Shown: one piece after another, positions 9,061 to 19,891 of the stretch
Position numbering within the stretch: position 1 is the first letter of the stretch
Layout: each line of letters opens with the position of its first letter
Source: an uncultured Planctomycetales bacterium
Lineage (GTDB): Bacteria; Planctomycetota; Planctomycetia; Pirellulales; S012-138
Reading direction: 5' to 3'
NCBI GenBank assembly: GCA_937982665.1
Contig: CALJLD010000243.1
Location: 1,123-65,122 of the forward strand
Length of the DNA: 64,000 nucleotides
Made by a program: the position numbers and the translations under genes
The notes under the pieces: generated by a model
Databases searched by the model: none
The model's input: the letters and a program-made list of their open reading frames with translations, nothing else
Told to the model about the DNA's origin: nothing

Positions 9061-10170
9061 ATGTCGAACGAGAAGCTTCGGCGGCAAATTGCCTGGGAAG
9101 CCGCCCGGCTCATGTATTTGCGGCAAGAGTCCGAATACATGCGAGCCAAAATCAAGGCCGGACGCCGCATCTGTCGCGGTTGGGTCAAGCCGAATGATCT
9201 CCCCAGCAACCGTGAAATTCGCGACGAGATTCAAATCTTCGCCCGGATTCACGAAGGCGACTCCCGCACGCAGAACCTTCGCGAAATGCGGATTGAAGCG
9301 TTGCGGCTGATGCGACTGTTGGAGCGCTTCCGGCCGCGCGTGATTGGCAGCACCTTCACAGGGCATGTTCGTCGCGGCTCCGATATCGATCTGCATGTCT
9401 TTTCGGACAGCATCGAATCCGTGTGCGCGATTCTCGACGGCGAAGGCTTTCGCTACGAGGTGGAACGCAAGCAAGTTCGTAAACATGGCGAGGAGCGGAT
9501 CTTCACGCACATCCATATTGAAGAACGTTTCCCGATTGAACTGACCGTCTACAGTTCCAAGCAGGCGAACTTTGTCTTCAAGAGTTCAATCACCGGCAAG
9601 GCGATTGAACGCGCGAGCATTGCCGAGTTCGAGCAATTCCTCACAGCGGAATATCCGGATATCGAACTCGACGATGAACTTGACGCGGCCGAGAACAAAG
9701 TCGACCGCTTTCAGATCTACGAAATGCTCTTGCTGCCGCTGGAGAACGTGAAGCAACATCGCAAGTATCACCCCGAAGGTGACGCGCTGTATCACAGCCT
9801 GCAGGTGTTCGATCTGGGCCGCGATGAGCTGCCTTACGATGAGGAGTTCCTGCTGGCGGCCTTGCTGCACGATGTGGGCAAAGCCATCGATCCGCTTGAC
9901 CACGTTGGATCCGGGCTGGAGGCACTCGGCGATTACATCACCGAACGCACGGCCTGGCTGATCGAGAATCACATGATCGCCCACACCATCAAGGATGGCT
10001 CCGCGGGCGCGCGGCTCCGCAAACGCATGGCCCAACACGAGGATTATGAAACGTTGATGACCCTCTGCGAATGCGACCGCGGCGGCCGGCAGGTGGGCGT
10101 GCAAACGCCGGATGTGGATGAGGCGATTGAGTACTTGAGGGAATTGTCGCGGATGTGTGATGGCGAGTGA
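9061..10170 (+). CDS. minimal nucleotidyltransferase (pol-beta fold) fused to an HD phosphohydrolase domain
   Basis: GSTFTGHVRRGSDIDLHVF fits the GS-x9-13-D-x-D motif. The C-terminal part has KYHPEGDALYHSLQV ... LLHDVGKAI (HD). Confidence 0.75.
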   Translation: MSNEKLRRQIAWEAARLMYLRQESEYMRAKIKAGRRICRGWVKPNDLPSNREIRDEIQIFARIHEGDSRTQNLREMRIEALRLMRLLERFRPRVIGSTFTGHVRRGSDIDLHVFSDSIESVCAILDGEGFRYEVERKQVRKHGEERIFTHIHIEERFPIELTVYSSKQANFVFKSSITGKAIERASIAEFEQFLTAEYPDIELDDELDAAENKVDRFQIYEMLLLPLENVKQHRKYHPEGDALYHSLQVFDLGRDELPYDEEFLLAALLHDVGKAIDPLDHVGSGLEALGDYITERTAWLIENHMIAHTIKDGSAGARLRKRMAQHEDYETLMTLCECDRGGRQVGVQTPDVDEAIEYLRELSRMCDGE

Positions 10171-10210
10171 TAGAATCACAATAGGCCGATGTTGAGAATG
10201 GGAGGCGTAT

Positions 10211-11434
10211 ATGCGACGTGGTTTGCGTTGTTTGGCGTGGGTCTTGGGAATGTTCTTCACGCTTACTGATTTCCCGCATGCAAGTGCACAAAAGATTCGC
10301 TTCACACCGCAGCGCGACATTGAATCTACGGCCGCTCACTGCGAAGAGTTGATCCGGCGATTTCAGGGGCTGCCACATAAGTCGCGCCTGGTGGTCCTGC
10401 AGGACTTGCCCAAGTACGGGCCGCTGGCGGCAGGAGCTTTGCCCACTCTGTGGGAAATGTACGATTTCGAGGTTGCGGAACCAGAGTTAGCAGCCCGCGA
10501 GAGAGCACAGATCATTGAGGTGATTGCCGCCGTTGGTATTGGCGATTTGCAAGTCTTCCGGAGTCTTGCTCGCGTCGCCAAGTCAAATGCGCATGCCAAG
10601 GTGCGTCGCGCCGCGGTCTTGGGCGTCAGCGAATTGCACTTTCCCGTGGACAGCAGTTACGAATTCCTGCAAGCATTTCTGGACGACAAAGAAGAACTTG
10701 TTCGCGAAGGTGCATTGGCTGGTCTGACTCGCCTTGACGTAAACTGGCGTACCGACCAGTACGTTGCCAAGGGAATTCGCCAAGCTGTCATTGCCAAATG
10801 TGCGGATCCGTCGGCACAGGTGAAGGCGATCGCAGTCGAACAGGCTGAAAAAATGTTCAAATTCTTGCGCGACCCCCAGGACGTTATCGAAGCCTTGATT
10901 CCGTTGCTGGAAAACGAGCAGACTTATCAAACGCCTGTCTCGAATCATCACATGGGCTCTCGGCGAATTTCGGTCGCAGCCGCCTGGGCGCTAAGCGAAA
11001 TTCCAGACGAGGCCGGCGCAGCAGCGGGCAAGATGCTGGCGCTGGCGAATTCACAGTCACTTTCGGATGATTCGCAGGTTCAGGTCATTCATGCTTACGT
11101 GCGCTTGACGCAAGACAAGCAAATGGCTGCTGACCTGCTTCGGCCGCTGCTCGATTCGGCCGATTCAATGCCTGATTTTCGAATCGAGAATCTCATTCAA
11201 GAGATCGGCCCTGGGTATGATTTGTATCATCCAGTGCTGATCACATGGTGCCGTGACGACTTCGCCTCTTTTCGCATTATCGCATGCGACGCGTTGGCTG
11301 GGTTGCGTGAGGACGCGGAACCGGCTCTCGCCGTGTTGTCCAAGCTTGCCGAGAATGACGAAGACGAAGAAGTTCGAACGGCGGCAGCACGTGCCGTTTC
11401 GATCATTACGAAATCGCTGAGGGACCAAAAATAG
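10211..11434 (+). CDS. HEAT/armadillo-like repeat protein with signal peptide
   Basis: GGAGG lies 5 nt upstream of the ATG. Signal-like N-terminus. Repeated helical units containing VRRAA/VRTAAARA, typical of HEAT repeats. Confidence 0.7.
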   Translation: MRRGLRCLAWVLGMFFTLTDFPHASAQKIRFTPQRDIESTAAHCEELIRRFQGLPHKSRLVVLQDLPKYGPLAAGALPTLWEMYDFEVAEPELAARERAQIIEVIAAVGIGDLQVFRSLARVAKSNAHAKVRRAAVLGVSELHFPVDSSYEFLQAFLDDKEELVREGALAGLTRLDVNWRTDQYVAKGIRQAVIAKCADPSAQVKAIAVEQAEKMFKFLRDPQDVIEALIPLLENEQTYQTPVSNHHMGSRRISVAAAWALSEIPDEAGAAAGKMLALANSQSLSDDSQVQVIHAYVRLTQDKQMAADLLRPLLDSADSMPDFRIENLIQEIGPGYDLYHPVLITWCRDDFASFRIIACDALAGLREDAEPALAVLSKLAENDEDEEVRTAAARAVSIITKSLRDQK

Positions 11435-11573
11435 CGGTTACTTGGGTCGCCAATGGCGTGCAATGTACGCGAATCTAACCGGCGTCCTTTGCAACCTCGA
11501 GACAACCTCAAGTCAGGATATGCCTGACTAGAATCACTACGCCGGTGGGCATAGAGCAGGAAAGGCAATTCAC

Positions 11574-12470
11574 TCAATAGTCGCGCAACCACGAATCATC
11601 TTCGTAATACCACTCAACAACATGTCGCTGTTGAAGTGGGAGTGCTTTGAGGTCAAATCGCTGGAATCCCTCAGTTGTGACTTGATATGGGCCGACGAAT
11701 GTCGGCGTAGTTTGAAATTCCAGATGCCCATCCAAGTTGGGTGTAAGGATGTCGAAGGCGATGCCAACATCGACTTGACAATCCCCGTCAACATCTAGAG
11801 CCATGGGGAACGTCTGCCCGGGCGGACAAATATAATCAACAAGTTGCTCGCCATCTGACAGGATCACCAACGAGTGCTCAAACAGATACAGTTGCAATTC
11901 GTGGCCGCTGTCTTGCACGTGCAGCGTTTGGAATCTTGAGCCATTCATTTTCTTAAGGACCGAGGCTCCTGGAGTCGCGCGCGATGGGGGAATCTGCTTC
12001 AACAAGTTGCTCATCGGGCGGGATTCTGGAGTGCCGCTTTCGTACGTCTTACACGTGATCGGATTCGCAAAGAACTCGTTAGAATTCATGTGCCTGATCA
12101 CCACGTCCGGTGAAACTTTCTCGATCTGGCGCCAATGGTCCCCGGTGTATTCGCAGAAATCCACGATGGTCAGTGTCTTGATACTCGGCGCATCACGAAG
12201 AATTGGCAGGCAACCTCCCACAAAGTCTTGCGGCACATAAATCGTGACTGGCTGTCGAAAATATCGCTCGCCCATCCACTGTCGCATCCAATCCGGCCCC
12301 CATGTAGCAAACTCAAGGTCTGCGTTTGCCCACCTTGCCCTGGTAATCAAACGATCATTTTCCCGTGCTTGATTGACTACATAGGCGAACAGCCCAGAGA
12401 TGACCAGCACGACTAACAAGAGAGTGCGGACACTGAATCGCAGCCAGCGCTTTTTTGGGGAAGAGGCCAT
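11574..12470 (-). CDS. membrane-anchored hypothetical protein
   Basis: N-terminus MASSPKKRWLRFSVRTLLLVVLVISGLFAY (planctomycete-style RFSxRTLL anchor). No domain recognised. Confidence 0.6.
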   Translation of the reverse strand: MASSPKKRWLRFSVRTLLLVVLVISGLFAYVVNQARENDRLITRARWANADLEFATWGPDWMRQWMGERYFRQPVTIYVPQDFVGGCLPILRDAPSIKTLTIVDFCEYTGDHWRQIEKVSPDVVIRHMNSNEFFANPITCKTYESGTPESRPMSNLLKQIPPSRATPGASVLKKMNGSRFQTLHVQDSGHELQLYLFEHSLVILSDGEQLVDYICPPGQTFPMALDVDGDCQVDVGIAFDILTPNLDGHLEFQTTPTFVGPYQVTTEGFQRFDLKALPLQQRHVVEWYYEDDSWLRDY

Positions 12471-12637
12471 CGTCGTCGCAAACCAAGGAGTCACACGGAC
12501 AGCCTGTATCGTAGAGGCTTAGTGGTCGGAAAACACTTCAGTTTTGACTTTCATATGGAAAGGCGAACTTCGCATGTCAGGCAAGCGGACGATTGCGTTT
12601 GGTTTCCAGTCAGACGCAAGCTTTGGCTTGTAACCAA

Positions 12638-15600
12638 CTACCCGGCGTCCTTCGCCACCTCGATGAAGACGACGACATCGCTCCCGGCGATCTTTACCGT
12701 CACCGGCTCGGCACCATCGATTGGCTCAAACGTGACTTTGAGCGCCAGCGTTTCCTGCATGATGTATTCGCGGAATTGCTCAATGGAGTTGCGCACGTCG
12801 TCGTTGTCTGTTTCGATCCCGACATGGATGCGGTCGGTGTATTCGAGTTGCAGGTCCTTGCGACGGTCCTGGATGGCGCGGACGATGTCGCGGGCAAGAC
12901 CTTCGGCGATCAGATCATCGTTCAATTCGGTATTGAGCACGACGACCATGCCTGAGCCTTGGGCGGCGGCCCAACCTTCTTTGGCGTTGAGGCGAACCTG
13001 CACGTCCTCGGAATCGAGTTCGACATCGCCGCCGGCTGTGGCGAGTGTGTACTTGCCGCTGGATTCCAACTCGGCCAAGAGTGCGGCCGGATTGGCTTCG
13101 GCCAAGGCCTTCTTGACTTGCGGAAGCTGTTTGCCCAACCGCGGGCCGAGCCGGGGGAAGTTGGGCGCCACGCTGTAGGAGATGTAGTCGTCCGCGGCCT
13201 CCGGGTATTCCACGGCTTTGACGTTGAGTTCGTCGCGAATGAGTTCGTCCTGCTCAAGCAGCCAGTCCAGGTGCGTGCGGTCACTCAGGACGACATCGAT
13301 CTCCGCCAGGGGTTGGCGGACTTTGAGCTTCGAGTTCATCCGCGCGGCCCGGCCCAGCGAGACGATCTCCCGGACGATGGCCATGCGCCCGCGGAGAGCC
13401 TCGTCAACAAGCGCGGCATTGCCGGTGGGATAGTCACAAAGATGCACGCTCTCCGCGGCATGTTCTCCAAAGGGCGCAACGGCCAGGTTCCGCCAGAGTT
13501 CCTCAGCGAGGAACGGCGTGAACGGCGCAATCAGCTTGGCCGTCGTCAGCAAGCATTCATACAGCGTCCAATAGGCATCGCTCTTCTCGGCCGATTCTTC
13601 ATTCGACCAGAAACGATCACGACTGCGTCGGACGTACCAGTTGGAGAGTGCATCGAGGAACTCTTTGAGCAGCGTTGCGGCACCAAAGTTATCGTAAGCG
13701 TCCATCTTGGCGACAACGCCGGCCGCTGTACGGTTGAGTTCGCTGATGATCCAGCGGTCGAGCTCAATCCGCTCGTTCCAGTCGCGGGCACTTGCGCCGC
13801 AGGCAAGTTGATTGCCATCCAGTTGGTAGCTGCCCGGCGCGGCGTCATCGGTGCCCAGTTCCTCGGCGGGATTGAAGCCATCAATGCGGGCGTACTCGAC
13901 AAAGAAGTTGTAGACATTCCACAGCCGGAGCATGAACTCCGGAATGACCTCTTTGATGGAACGTTCGCTATAGATGCTGGACGTCCATGGTGGCTGGTTG
14001 GCAAAGAAGAACCAACGCAACGCATCAGCGCCGTACTTGTCAAAGATCTGGTTCGGCTCGGGATAGTTGCGGAGTTGCTTCGCCATCTTGCCGACGCGCT
14101 TGACGCATTTCTTGCCGTGGGCGTCGCGGCATTCGTCTTCGGTGAGATAACGCTCCCTGGTTTCGGAGTTCTCCCACCATTCGGTGTTCATCAACCCCAG
14201 CACAATGCAATTGCGGAACGGATGCGGATATTCCGCCTGGACGGTGCCCAGTTGCGGATCGTCCTCGGACTTATCGCCGAAGAGTAGCGTGCTGATCGCC
14301 AGTTGGCTGTAGAACCAACCGCGGGTTTGGTCGAGAGCCTCGCTGATGAAGTCCGCCGGGAACTGATCAGCGAACTGTTCACGCCCTTGGTGTGGATAAC
14401 CCCATTGAGCGAACGGCATGGCTCCCGAGTCAAACCAGCAATCGATCACATCCGGTACGCGGCGCATGTGCGCGCCTGCCGCGAAGGGCGAGTCGTACGT
14501 GATTTCATCGATGTAGGGTTTGTGGACCTTCAGGTGTTCGGACAAGTTGGGGTGGCGTTCCTTGGCTTGTTCCCACGAGTCCAGTCCTTGCACGCCCGGC
14601 TTGGCGAGCAGTTCTTCATAACTGCCGATAGCTTCCATCTTGCCGGTTTCCTGGCATTTCCAGATGGGGAGCGGCGTTCCCCAATAACGCTCGCGCGAGA
14701 GCGCCCAATCGACGTTCGATTCCAAGAAATTCCCAAACCGGCCATCACGAATGTGTTCCGGCAGCCAATTGATCTTGGCGTTGTTGGCCAGCATGGAATC
14801 CTTAAAGGCCGTGGTGCGGATAAACCAGCTTTGCCGCGGATATTGGATGAGCGGATCGTCATCCGCCCGCCAGCAGAAGGGATACTCGTGGCGGTACTGT
14901 TCCTGGATGTAGAGCAGCCCCCGTTCGCGCAAGTTGCGAGTGATGTCCTTATCGGCTTCTTTGACCCAGCGGTCTTTGTAGTCGGGGGCTTCTCCGGTGA
15001 ACTTCCCATCCGGTCCGACGGCACAGATCAGGTGCGGTCCTTGCCCCTGGGCGAAGCGGTCTCGCTCTTCCATCAGCAGGTCGTGATCGACTTCCCCAAA
15101 AGCGGGAGCCTCGTGGACGAGGCCAGTGCCGGAATCGATGGTGACAAAGTCCGCAGCCAGCACACGCCAGGCGACGTGCTGCGTACCACCCTCAACGAGT
15201 TCGCCCTGCTGGTCGCCCTGATCCTTGTAGTAGTAATCGAAGGGCGGATGATAGCGCCGACCGACAAGTTCGCTGCCTTTGAGCTTGGTTTCGACGACGA
15301 GTTCACGTTTGGCCTTGGCACCAATCTGCTCGACCAGAGCTTCCGCGACGATCAGCTTTCGGCCCAGTTCATCATCTCGAACGACCGCATAATCCAGCTG
15401 CGGGTGAACAGCGGCAAATTGGTTGCTGGGCAAAGTCCAGGGAGTTGTCGTCCAGACCAGCAGGTCCGTGTCACTTTGTTCGCCGCTTTCGTCCAGAAGC
15501 GGAAAGCGGACGTAGACGCTGGGGTCATCGACGGTTTTGTAGCCTTGGCCGACCTCGCCGGAGGAAAGCGCCGTCCCGCCCTGGGCCCACCACCAGACGA

Positions 15601-16132
15601 TCTTGTGCCCCTGGAAGAGCAGGCCGCGTTCGAAGAATGTCTTGAGCGCCCACCAAACGCTCTCTACGTAACTTTGGTGATAAGTGACGTAGGCGTCCTG
15701 CAAGTGAATCCAGAAGCCCAGGCGCTTTGTTAAGTTTTCCCACTCGCGGGTGTAGCGAAAGACGCTCTCCATGCAGCGGTGGATGAATGGCTCGACGCCA
15801 AATTCTTCGATTTCTTCCTTCGAGTGAATGCCGAGTTCTTTGCAGACCTCGACTTCGACAGGCAGCCCATGCGTGTCCCAGCCGCCTTTCCGCTCACAGC
15901 GGAACCCGCGCATGGTCTTGTAGCGAGGGAAGAGGTCCTTCATCGCCCGTGTCAGGCAGTGCCCTGGGTGCGGCAAACCGTTGGCAGTTGGTGGACCTTC
16001 ATAAAAGACGAACTTCTCAGCGTTTCCGCGAGCGGCGAGCGATTTCTCATAAATCTCCCGATCTTCCCAAAACGCGAGCAACTGCTCCTCCATCTTGGGG
16101 AAACTGACGTTGTTGGGGACCGGGTTAAACAT
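12638..16132 (-). CDS. ileS: isoleucine--tRNA ligase (type 2, eukaryote-like)
   Basis: [12 protein letters not shown] (HIGH region) and [13 protein letters not shown] (KMSKS region in the type-2 form KMSKRLKNYPDP). Start taken at the ATG at 16130-16132 ([16 protein letters not shown]). Confidence 0.95.
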   Translation of the reverse strand: MFNPVPNNVSFPKMEEQLLAFWEDREIYEKSLAARGNAEKFVFYEGPPTANGLPHPGHCLTRAMKDLFPRYKTMRGFRCERKGGWDTHGLPVEVEVCKELGIHSKEEIEEFGVEPFIHRCMESVFRYTREWENLTKRLGFWIHLQDAYVTYHQSYVESVWWALKTFFERGLLFQGHKIVWWWAQGGTALSSGEVGQGYKTVDDPSVYVRFPLLDESGEQSDTDLLVWTTTPWTLPSNQFAAVHPQLDYAVVRDDELGRKLIVAEALVEQIGAKAKRELVVETKLKGSELVGRRYHPPFDYYYKDQGDQQGELVEGGTQHVAWRVLAADFVTIDSGTGLVHEAPAFGEVDHDLLMEERDRFAQGQGPHLICAVGPDGKFTGEAPDYKDRWVKEADKDITRNLRERGLLYIQEQYRHEYPFCWRADDDPLIQYPRQSWFIRTTAFKDSMLANNAKINWLPEHIRDGRFGNFLESNVDWALSRERYWGTPLPIWKCQETGKMEAIGSYEELLAKPGVQGLDSWEQAKERHPNLSEHLKVHKPYIDEITYDSPFAAGAHMRRVPDVIDCWFDSGAMPFAQWGYPHQGREQFADQFPADFISEALDQTRGWFYSQLAISTLLFGDKSEDDPQLGTVQAEYPHPFRNCIVLGLMNTEWWENSETRERYLTEDECRDAHGKKCVKRVGKMAKQLRNYPEPNQIFDKYGADALRWFFFANQPPWTSSIYSERSIKEVIPEFMLRLWNVYNFFVEYARIDGFNPAEELGTDDAAPGSYQLDGNQLACGASARDWNERIELDRWIISELNRTAAGVVAKMDAYDNFGAATLLKEFLDALSNWYVRRSRDRFWSNEESAEKSDAYWTLYECLLTTAKLIAPFTPFLAEELWRNLAVAPFGEHAAESVHLCDYPTGNAALVDEALRGRMAIVREIVSLGRAARMNSKLKVRQPLAEIDVVLSDRTHLDWLLEQDELIRDELNVKAVEYPEAADDYISYSVAPNFPRLGPRLGKQLPQVKKALAEANPAALLAELESSGKYTLATAGGDVELDSEDVQVRLNAKEGWAAAQGSGMVVVLNTELNDDLIAEGLARDIVRAIQDRRKDLQLEYTDRIHVGIETDNDDVRNSIEQFREYIMQETLALKVTFEPIDGAEPVTVKIAGSDVVVFIEVAKDAG

Positions 16133-16478
16133 GGATTTTCCGTTTGGCCAAATTGCGGCAAAAATGAAGAGTAAACCACGACAATCACGGATTTGCAATC
16201 CGAGAGGAGAAGCGCGGCGTATGCGACATGCGATTGAGCACGCAAACCCAACGCTTCAGAAAAAATCGTCACCAAAGCGCTAAGAAAGGTTCACCAGCAG
16301 CGAATGACAAGTTGCGCGGACTTGGACAAAAAGCCCAGTTATTGCCAGGGATTCCGCTTGCATGTCATTGATTCGCCCCAAACTCCGGGGTATCGTATCC
16401 GGCAACAATTGGTGGGATGAAGCGGTAAGCTCTCCCTTTATGTCCGCATAGATTCGAGGGGTCACAACAGGAGCGGTT

Positions 16479-16577
16479 ATGCTTGCTGGTCTACAATGGT
16501 GGTGGTGGGTTCTTCTCGTCATTTTCATCGCTATGATTGCAATCTTCTTCATCATTCGCAATCGGCGCGAAGACTAA
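16479..16577 (+). CDS. 32-aa Trp-rich single-TM peptide (candidate small protein)
   Basis: ATG preceded by ACAGGAGCGGTT (SD-like). Product MLAGLQWWWWVLLVIFIAMIAIFFIIRNRRED. Too short for the ORF track. Confidence 0.4.
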   Translation: MLAGLQWWWWVLLVIFIAMIAIFFIIRNRRED

Positions 16578-16744
16578 CCCGCGTATGAGATCAATCCAGG
16601 CTTGCCAGTCTGGACTTGCGAAAACTGTCCGGTCCCCGTTCGCGGACTCGTGGTGTCGCTTGTCGCCACAGTTTGCGAACGGGGATCGCTTTGCGCAGAC
16701 GGGTGCAGCAGCCACCTGAGAATTCGGGAATATTCGTGCTGGCG

Positions 16745-16993
16745 TCAGATCAGAATCGCCAAGAGCAACAGCACGATTCCAGCCGAGAAGATTGCGACAG
16801 CCGCCGGAGCAATGGCCAAACGTGCTGGTTCGCCGGAACCGCAATGAGGGCAGACTTTTTCCAGTGCCGCCACTTCGCCACCGCAGGCGTGGCAATGCCT
16901 GCACTCGTCGGCTCGTTTGGCAAACCAAGAGCGGACATTCGCCGAGATGATCGCGTATTGCCGATCAAACCAATTGCGCAGGTTCATCCACAT
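16745..16993 (-). CDS. zinc-ribbon protein with C-terminal TM helix
   Basis: CRHCHACGG...CPHCG forms two CxxC pairs. C-terminal hydrophobic tail. The ATG at 16993 has GGAG 8 nt upstream. Confidence 0.55.
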   Translation of the reverse strand: MWMNLRNWFDRQYAIISANVRSWFAKRADECRHCHACGGEVAALEKVCPHCGSGEPARLAIAPAAVAIFSAGIVLLLLAILI

Positions 16994-17331
16994 AGGGCGG
17001 CTCCAAGACATCCAATAACCCAAGCAAGTCTAGGTTATTCTGGAAGCCGAAGGCTTGGCCAATCCGCAATACGTGAATTGGCAAAGGCTTATGATGACTC
17101 CATCATGTGGCATGACGCGGCCGTTTGCGTTTTCCCATGTATTTCGCCCTGCGAGTGCGCAAGCGGGAGTTGTTGGGATCGTTGGTTATGAGCACGATGC
17201 GTCCAGCGGAGAAATGCGCAACTTCCTTCGCACGTCCGCAAGACCTCGGTGCAAGAAGACATCGCCAAACGGGCTAATGATGCCCAAGGAAGACACGTGG
17301 GGAGTTGATCGACGAGAAACTGGTTCTCGGT

Positions 17332-17697
17332 CTACCGCATCAAGCCGGAACGTTGGACATCGACAAAGACTTTGGGCGAATCCGCCAACCAACTGGCTCC
17401 CGGCTCCAAGACGACATACACATCCATTCCGCCGTCGTCGAATTCGAATTCCCAGCGCTGGGTCGATTCGTCAACATCCGCGATAGCTTTCGGCTCGCCA
17501 GTGATTTCTTTGAGAGCGCGCAAACGCATTGGACGGGGATTGAATTCGGACTCAGATCGCAAGCAGTTCGCCAGCAGGTGGTCTGAGAATCCCTGTTTGG
17601 AGGAAAAGTCGTCCGCGGACCTGGAACAGCCAGCGAACGCGCAGACCGCGATCGCAAAGCCAAGGAGCGTCACGCGCACAAGACGGGAGGCGAACAT
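17332..17697 (-). CDS. small lipoprotein, unknown function
   Basis: MFASRLVRVTLLGFAIAVCAFAGCSRS carries a lipobox (AGC). Its ATG overlaps the upstream stop as TGATG. Confidence 0.6.
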   Translation of the reverse strand: MFASRLVRVTLLGFAIAVCAFAGCSRSADDFSSKQGFSDHLLANCLRSESEFNPRPMRLRALKEITGEPKAIADVDESTQRWEFEFDDGGMDVYVVLEPGASWLADSPKVFVDVQRSGLMR

Positions 17698-19697
17698 CAC
17701 CAGGCTCCCAACTGTTTGAAATACTTCCTTTGGTAGCCTACAAATCCGCCAACGCGCCTCTTGTACTCCAAGCACTGTTCCGGGTGCTTATCGGCCAGGT
17801 TCTCCAACTCCCCGGGATCCAGCTCCAAGTCAAACAACTGCTGATAGCCTGTGTTGACGTAATAGAGATACTTGTACTTCTCGTCGCGCAGGCCAACCAC
17901 AGAGCGGCCTCCCAGCGAAAAGAAGTAAGCACGCTCATCGTCCTCTTGGCGGAAGAGGTTCTTTCCTTGCCACATGGGCGAGGGATCAACACCCAACAGT
18001 GAGACTACTGTTGGCGGCACATCAATTTGCTGCCGAACACGCGGAATCCGCCGCGGCATGTGCTTCAAGCTTGGATGCAGCAAGACCAGCGGCACTTCCA
18101 TGTTTGGCTGGTAGCAACCAAAACCGTGGATCCACTGTCCATGCTGGCCGAATGCTTCGCCGTGATCGGCCGTGATGACAACCAGTGTTGATTCGTCCAG
18201 GCCGCGGTCCTTCAATTCTTGCAACAGCCAGCCAATCTTCTTGTCGGCCTCGCGAATTGCGTTGAGATAGCGATAGAGTTCGTCCTGTTCTTCCTTATCG
18301 ATATCGAACGGAAAGTTTCCATCACTCGAATAAGGATGGTGCGTCTCGATTGTGAACGCCAACATGAAGAACGGATCGTCCCCGCCGTTTTCCATCCAGT
18401 CCAAAGCCTCTTCGTACATCACAGTGTCTGACTTACCCCAACTGTTGACGTAAGGACCAGGCAACGTCTCGGCGTCAATCATTTGCACGCGTTCATCACG
18501 GCCAAAGAAGCGGTCGCGATACTTCCAACTCCAGTAGCCGCTGTGCAAGAATGCCGCGCGGTATCCGTTATCGGCAAGTTGTTCGGCAATCGTGGGAACC
18601 GGCAAGTCCGCGTTGTCACGCGCGATGAGATTCCAGTCACTCCTTGGATAAATGCTGGTGGTCAAAGAGACCAGGCTTTTGCAGCTGTAAGGAACTTGGA
18701 TATAGAAGTTCTCAAAGACAACACCATTGTCCGCCGCGGCCACGGCCAGATTCGGCATCGTCTCGTGTTGCGAACCATAGAGGTTGAGGTACTCTGCGCC
18801 GACGGACTCCATCACGATCATCAGAACATTCTTTGGTCGCTCCACGCCTTCGGGAAATTCAATCACCAACGGTTGACCACCTTGGAAGTCACTCTCGTCA
18901 ACTTCGCCGAAGTCTTCGTCCAACAAGAAGGTCTCACCGCTGGTCAACGACTCCACGTAGGAAACCACCAGCGTTGAGTGAGGGCTGTCGGAGATTCGCA
19001 GTTCCCAACGGTTGGGGTCAAGCCAACAGTTGGTGATGTAGGCATGCGAGACTCCAGCGTAGGTAGAGACAAGCAAGAATGTGGCCGTGAGCGTTTTCCA
19101 GTTGAGTGTTTGCAGCAGTTTGAATCTTGCGGCAAACCGCCCTGCGAACGGGGCAATCAAGATCACGATCGCAATCACGACAAACAGTGTGATCATGCGA
19201 TCGGTCAGATAGCGATCGAAGGAGGACATCATCACAGTCGGCTCGCCCATGAAGGACAACATCCGGACGGTGATCATTTCCGTTGTTTTTTCAAAGACAC
19301 GAAAGGCGACAACTGTGTACAGCCCGGCGACCTCGAACACGACAACCGTGAAGATTCGCCATGGCCAGGCTGTCCATTTGGAGCGGACTGCGAGAAAGCC
19401 CAGCAAGCCAATGGAAAATGTCAGCAGCAACACGAAGAAAATGTCCGCCGCGCAAACAAGTGACAACCGCAGGCAATAGCGGAAGAACTCTCCCACCGTG
19501 GTCACTTCAAACGGCAGCAGCAAGAATTTGGCGGTGATAACTATTGCCGCCAAACCAAGCGCCAGGCTGGCGAGCATTGCGCGATCATGTCGCCATGCGG
19601 AAATCGCTGGCGTTCCGGCGTTGTCATCCAAAGCGCGGCGCCGGGCAAATAGTTTGCCAGGGCGAAATCGCTTGATCAAAGCAGGCCGTGCGTCCAT
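17697..19697 (-). CDS. LtaS/OpgB-like sulfatase-superfamily transferase with polytopic N-terminal domain
   Basis: About five N-terminal TM helices. The catalytic domain has LMIVMESVGAEY and VPYSCKSLVSLTTSIYP, which aligns with S. aureus LtaS GKTSDAEFMMENSLYP and puts a Ser at the nucleophile position. Start is 19697 or 19721. Confidence 0.75.
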   Translation of the reverse strand: MDARPALIKRFRPGKLFARRRALDDNAGTPAISAWRHDRAMLASLALGLAAIVITAKFLLLPFEVTTVGEFFRYCLRLSLVCAADIFFVLLLTFSIGLLGFLAVRSKWTAWPWRIFTVVVFEVAGLYTVVAFRVFEKTTEMITVRMLSFMGEPTVMMSSFDRYLTDRMITLFVVIAIVILIAPFAGRFAARFKLLQTLNWKTLTATFLLVSTYAGVSHAYITNCWLDPNRWELRISDSPHSTLVVSYVESLTSGETFLLDEDFGEVDESDFQGGQPLVIEFPEGVERPKNVLMIVMESVGAEYLNLYGSQHETMPNLAVAAADNGVVFENFYIQVPYSCKSLVSLTTSIYPRSDWNLIARDNADLPVPTIAEQLADNGYRAAFLHSGYWSWKYRDRFFGRDERVQMIDAETLPGPYVNSWGKSDTVMYEEALDWMENGGDDPFFMLAFTIETHHPYSSDGNFPFDIDKEEQDELYRYLNAIREADKKIGWLLQELKDRGLDESTLVVITADHGEAFGQHGQWIHGFGCYQPNMEVPLVLLHPSLKHMPRRIPRVRQQIDVPPTVVSLLGVDPSPMWQGKNLFRQEDDERAYFFSLGGRSVVGLRDEKYKYLYYVNTGYQQLFDLELDPGELENLADKHPEQCLEYKRRVGGFVGYQRKYFKQLGAW

Positions 19698-19891
19698 GCA
19701 CACCCCCCAAAGGCATTCCATTGAGTCATCCCGCAGGCCAAGCGTATCCGGAACGGATCACTTCGCGCAGCGGTGTTTTGTGCGGAGCGACAGTATCCCG
19801 ACGCTGCAAAAACAGGTCAATACGAGCGACTGGCTCGAGCGGCATGGCGAGAACACGCCTGCGATGCTAGCACCTGCGGCGGTAGCACAAG

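Noticed and set aside
12959-15733. Two long plus-strand ORFs (442 aa and 476 aa)
   Set aside because: Both lie antisense to ileS, which is unambiguous (HIGH and KMSKS regions). No motifs in their translations.
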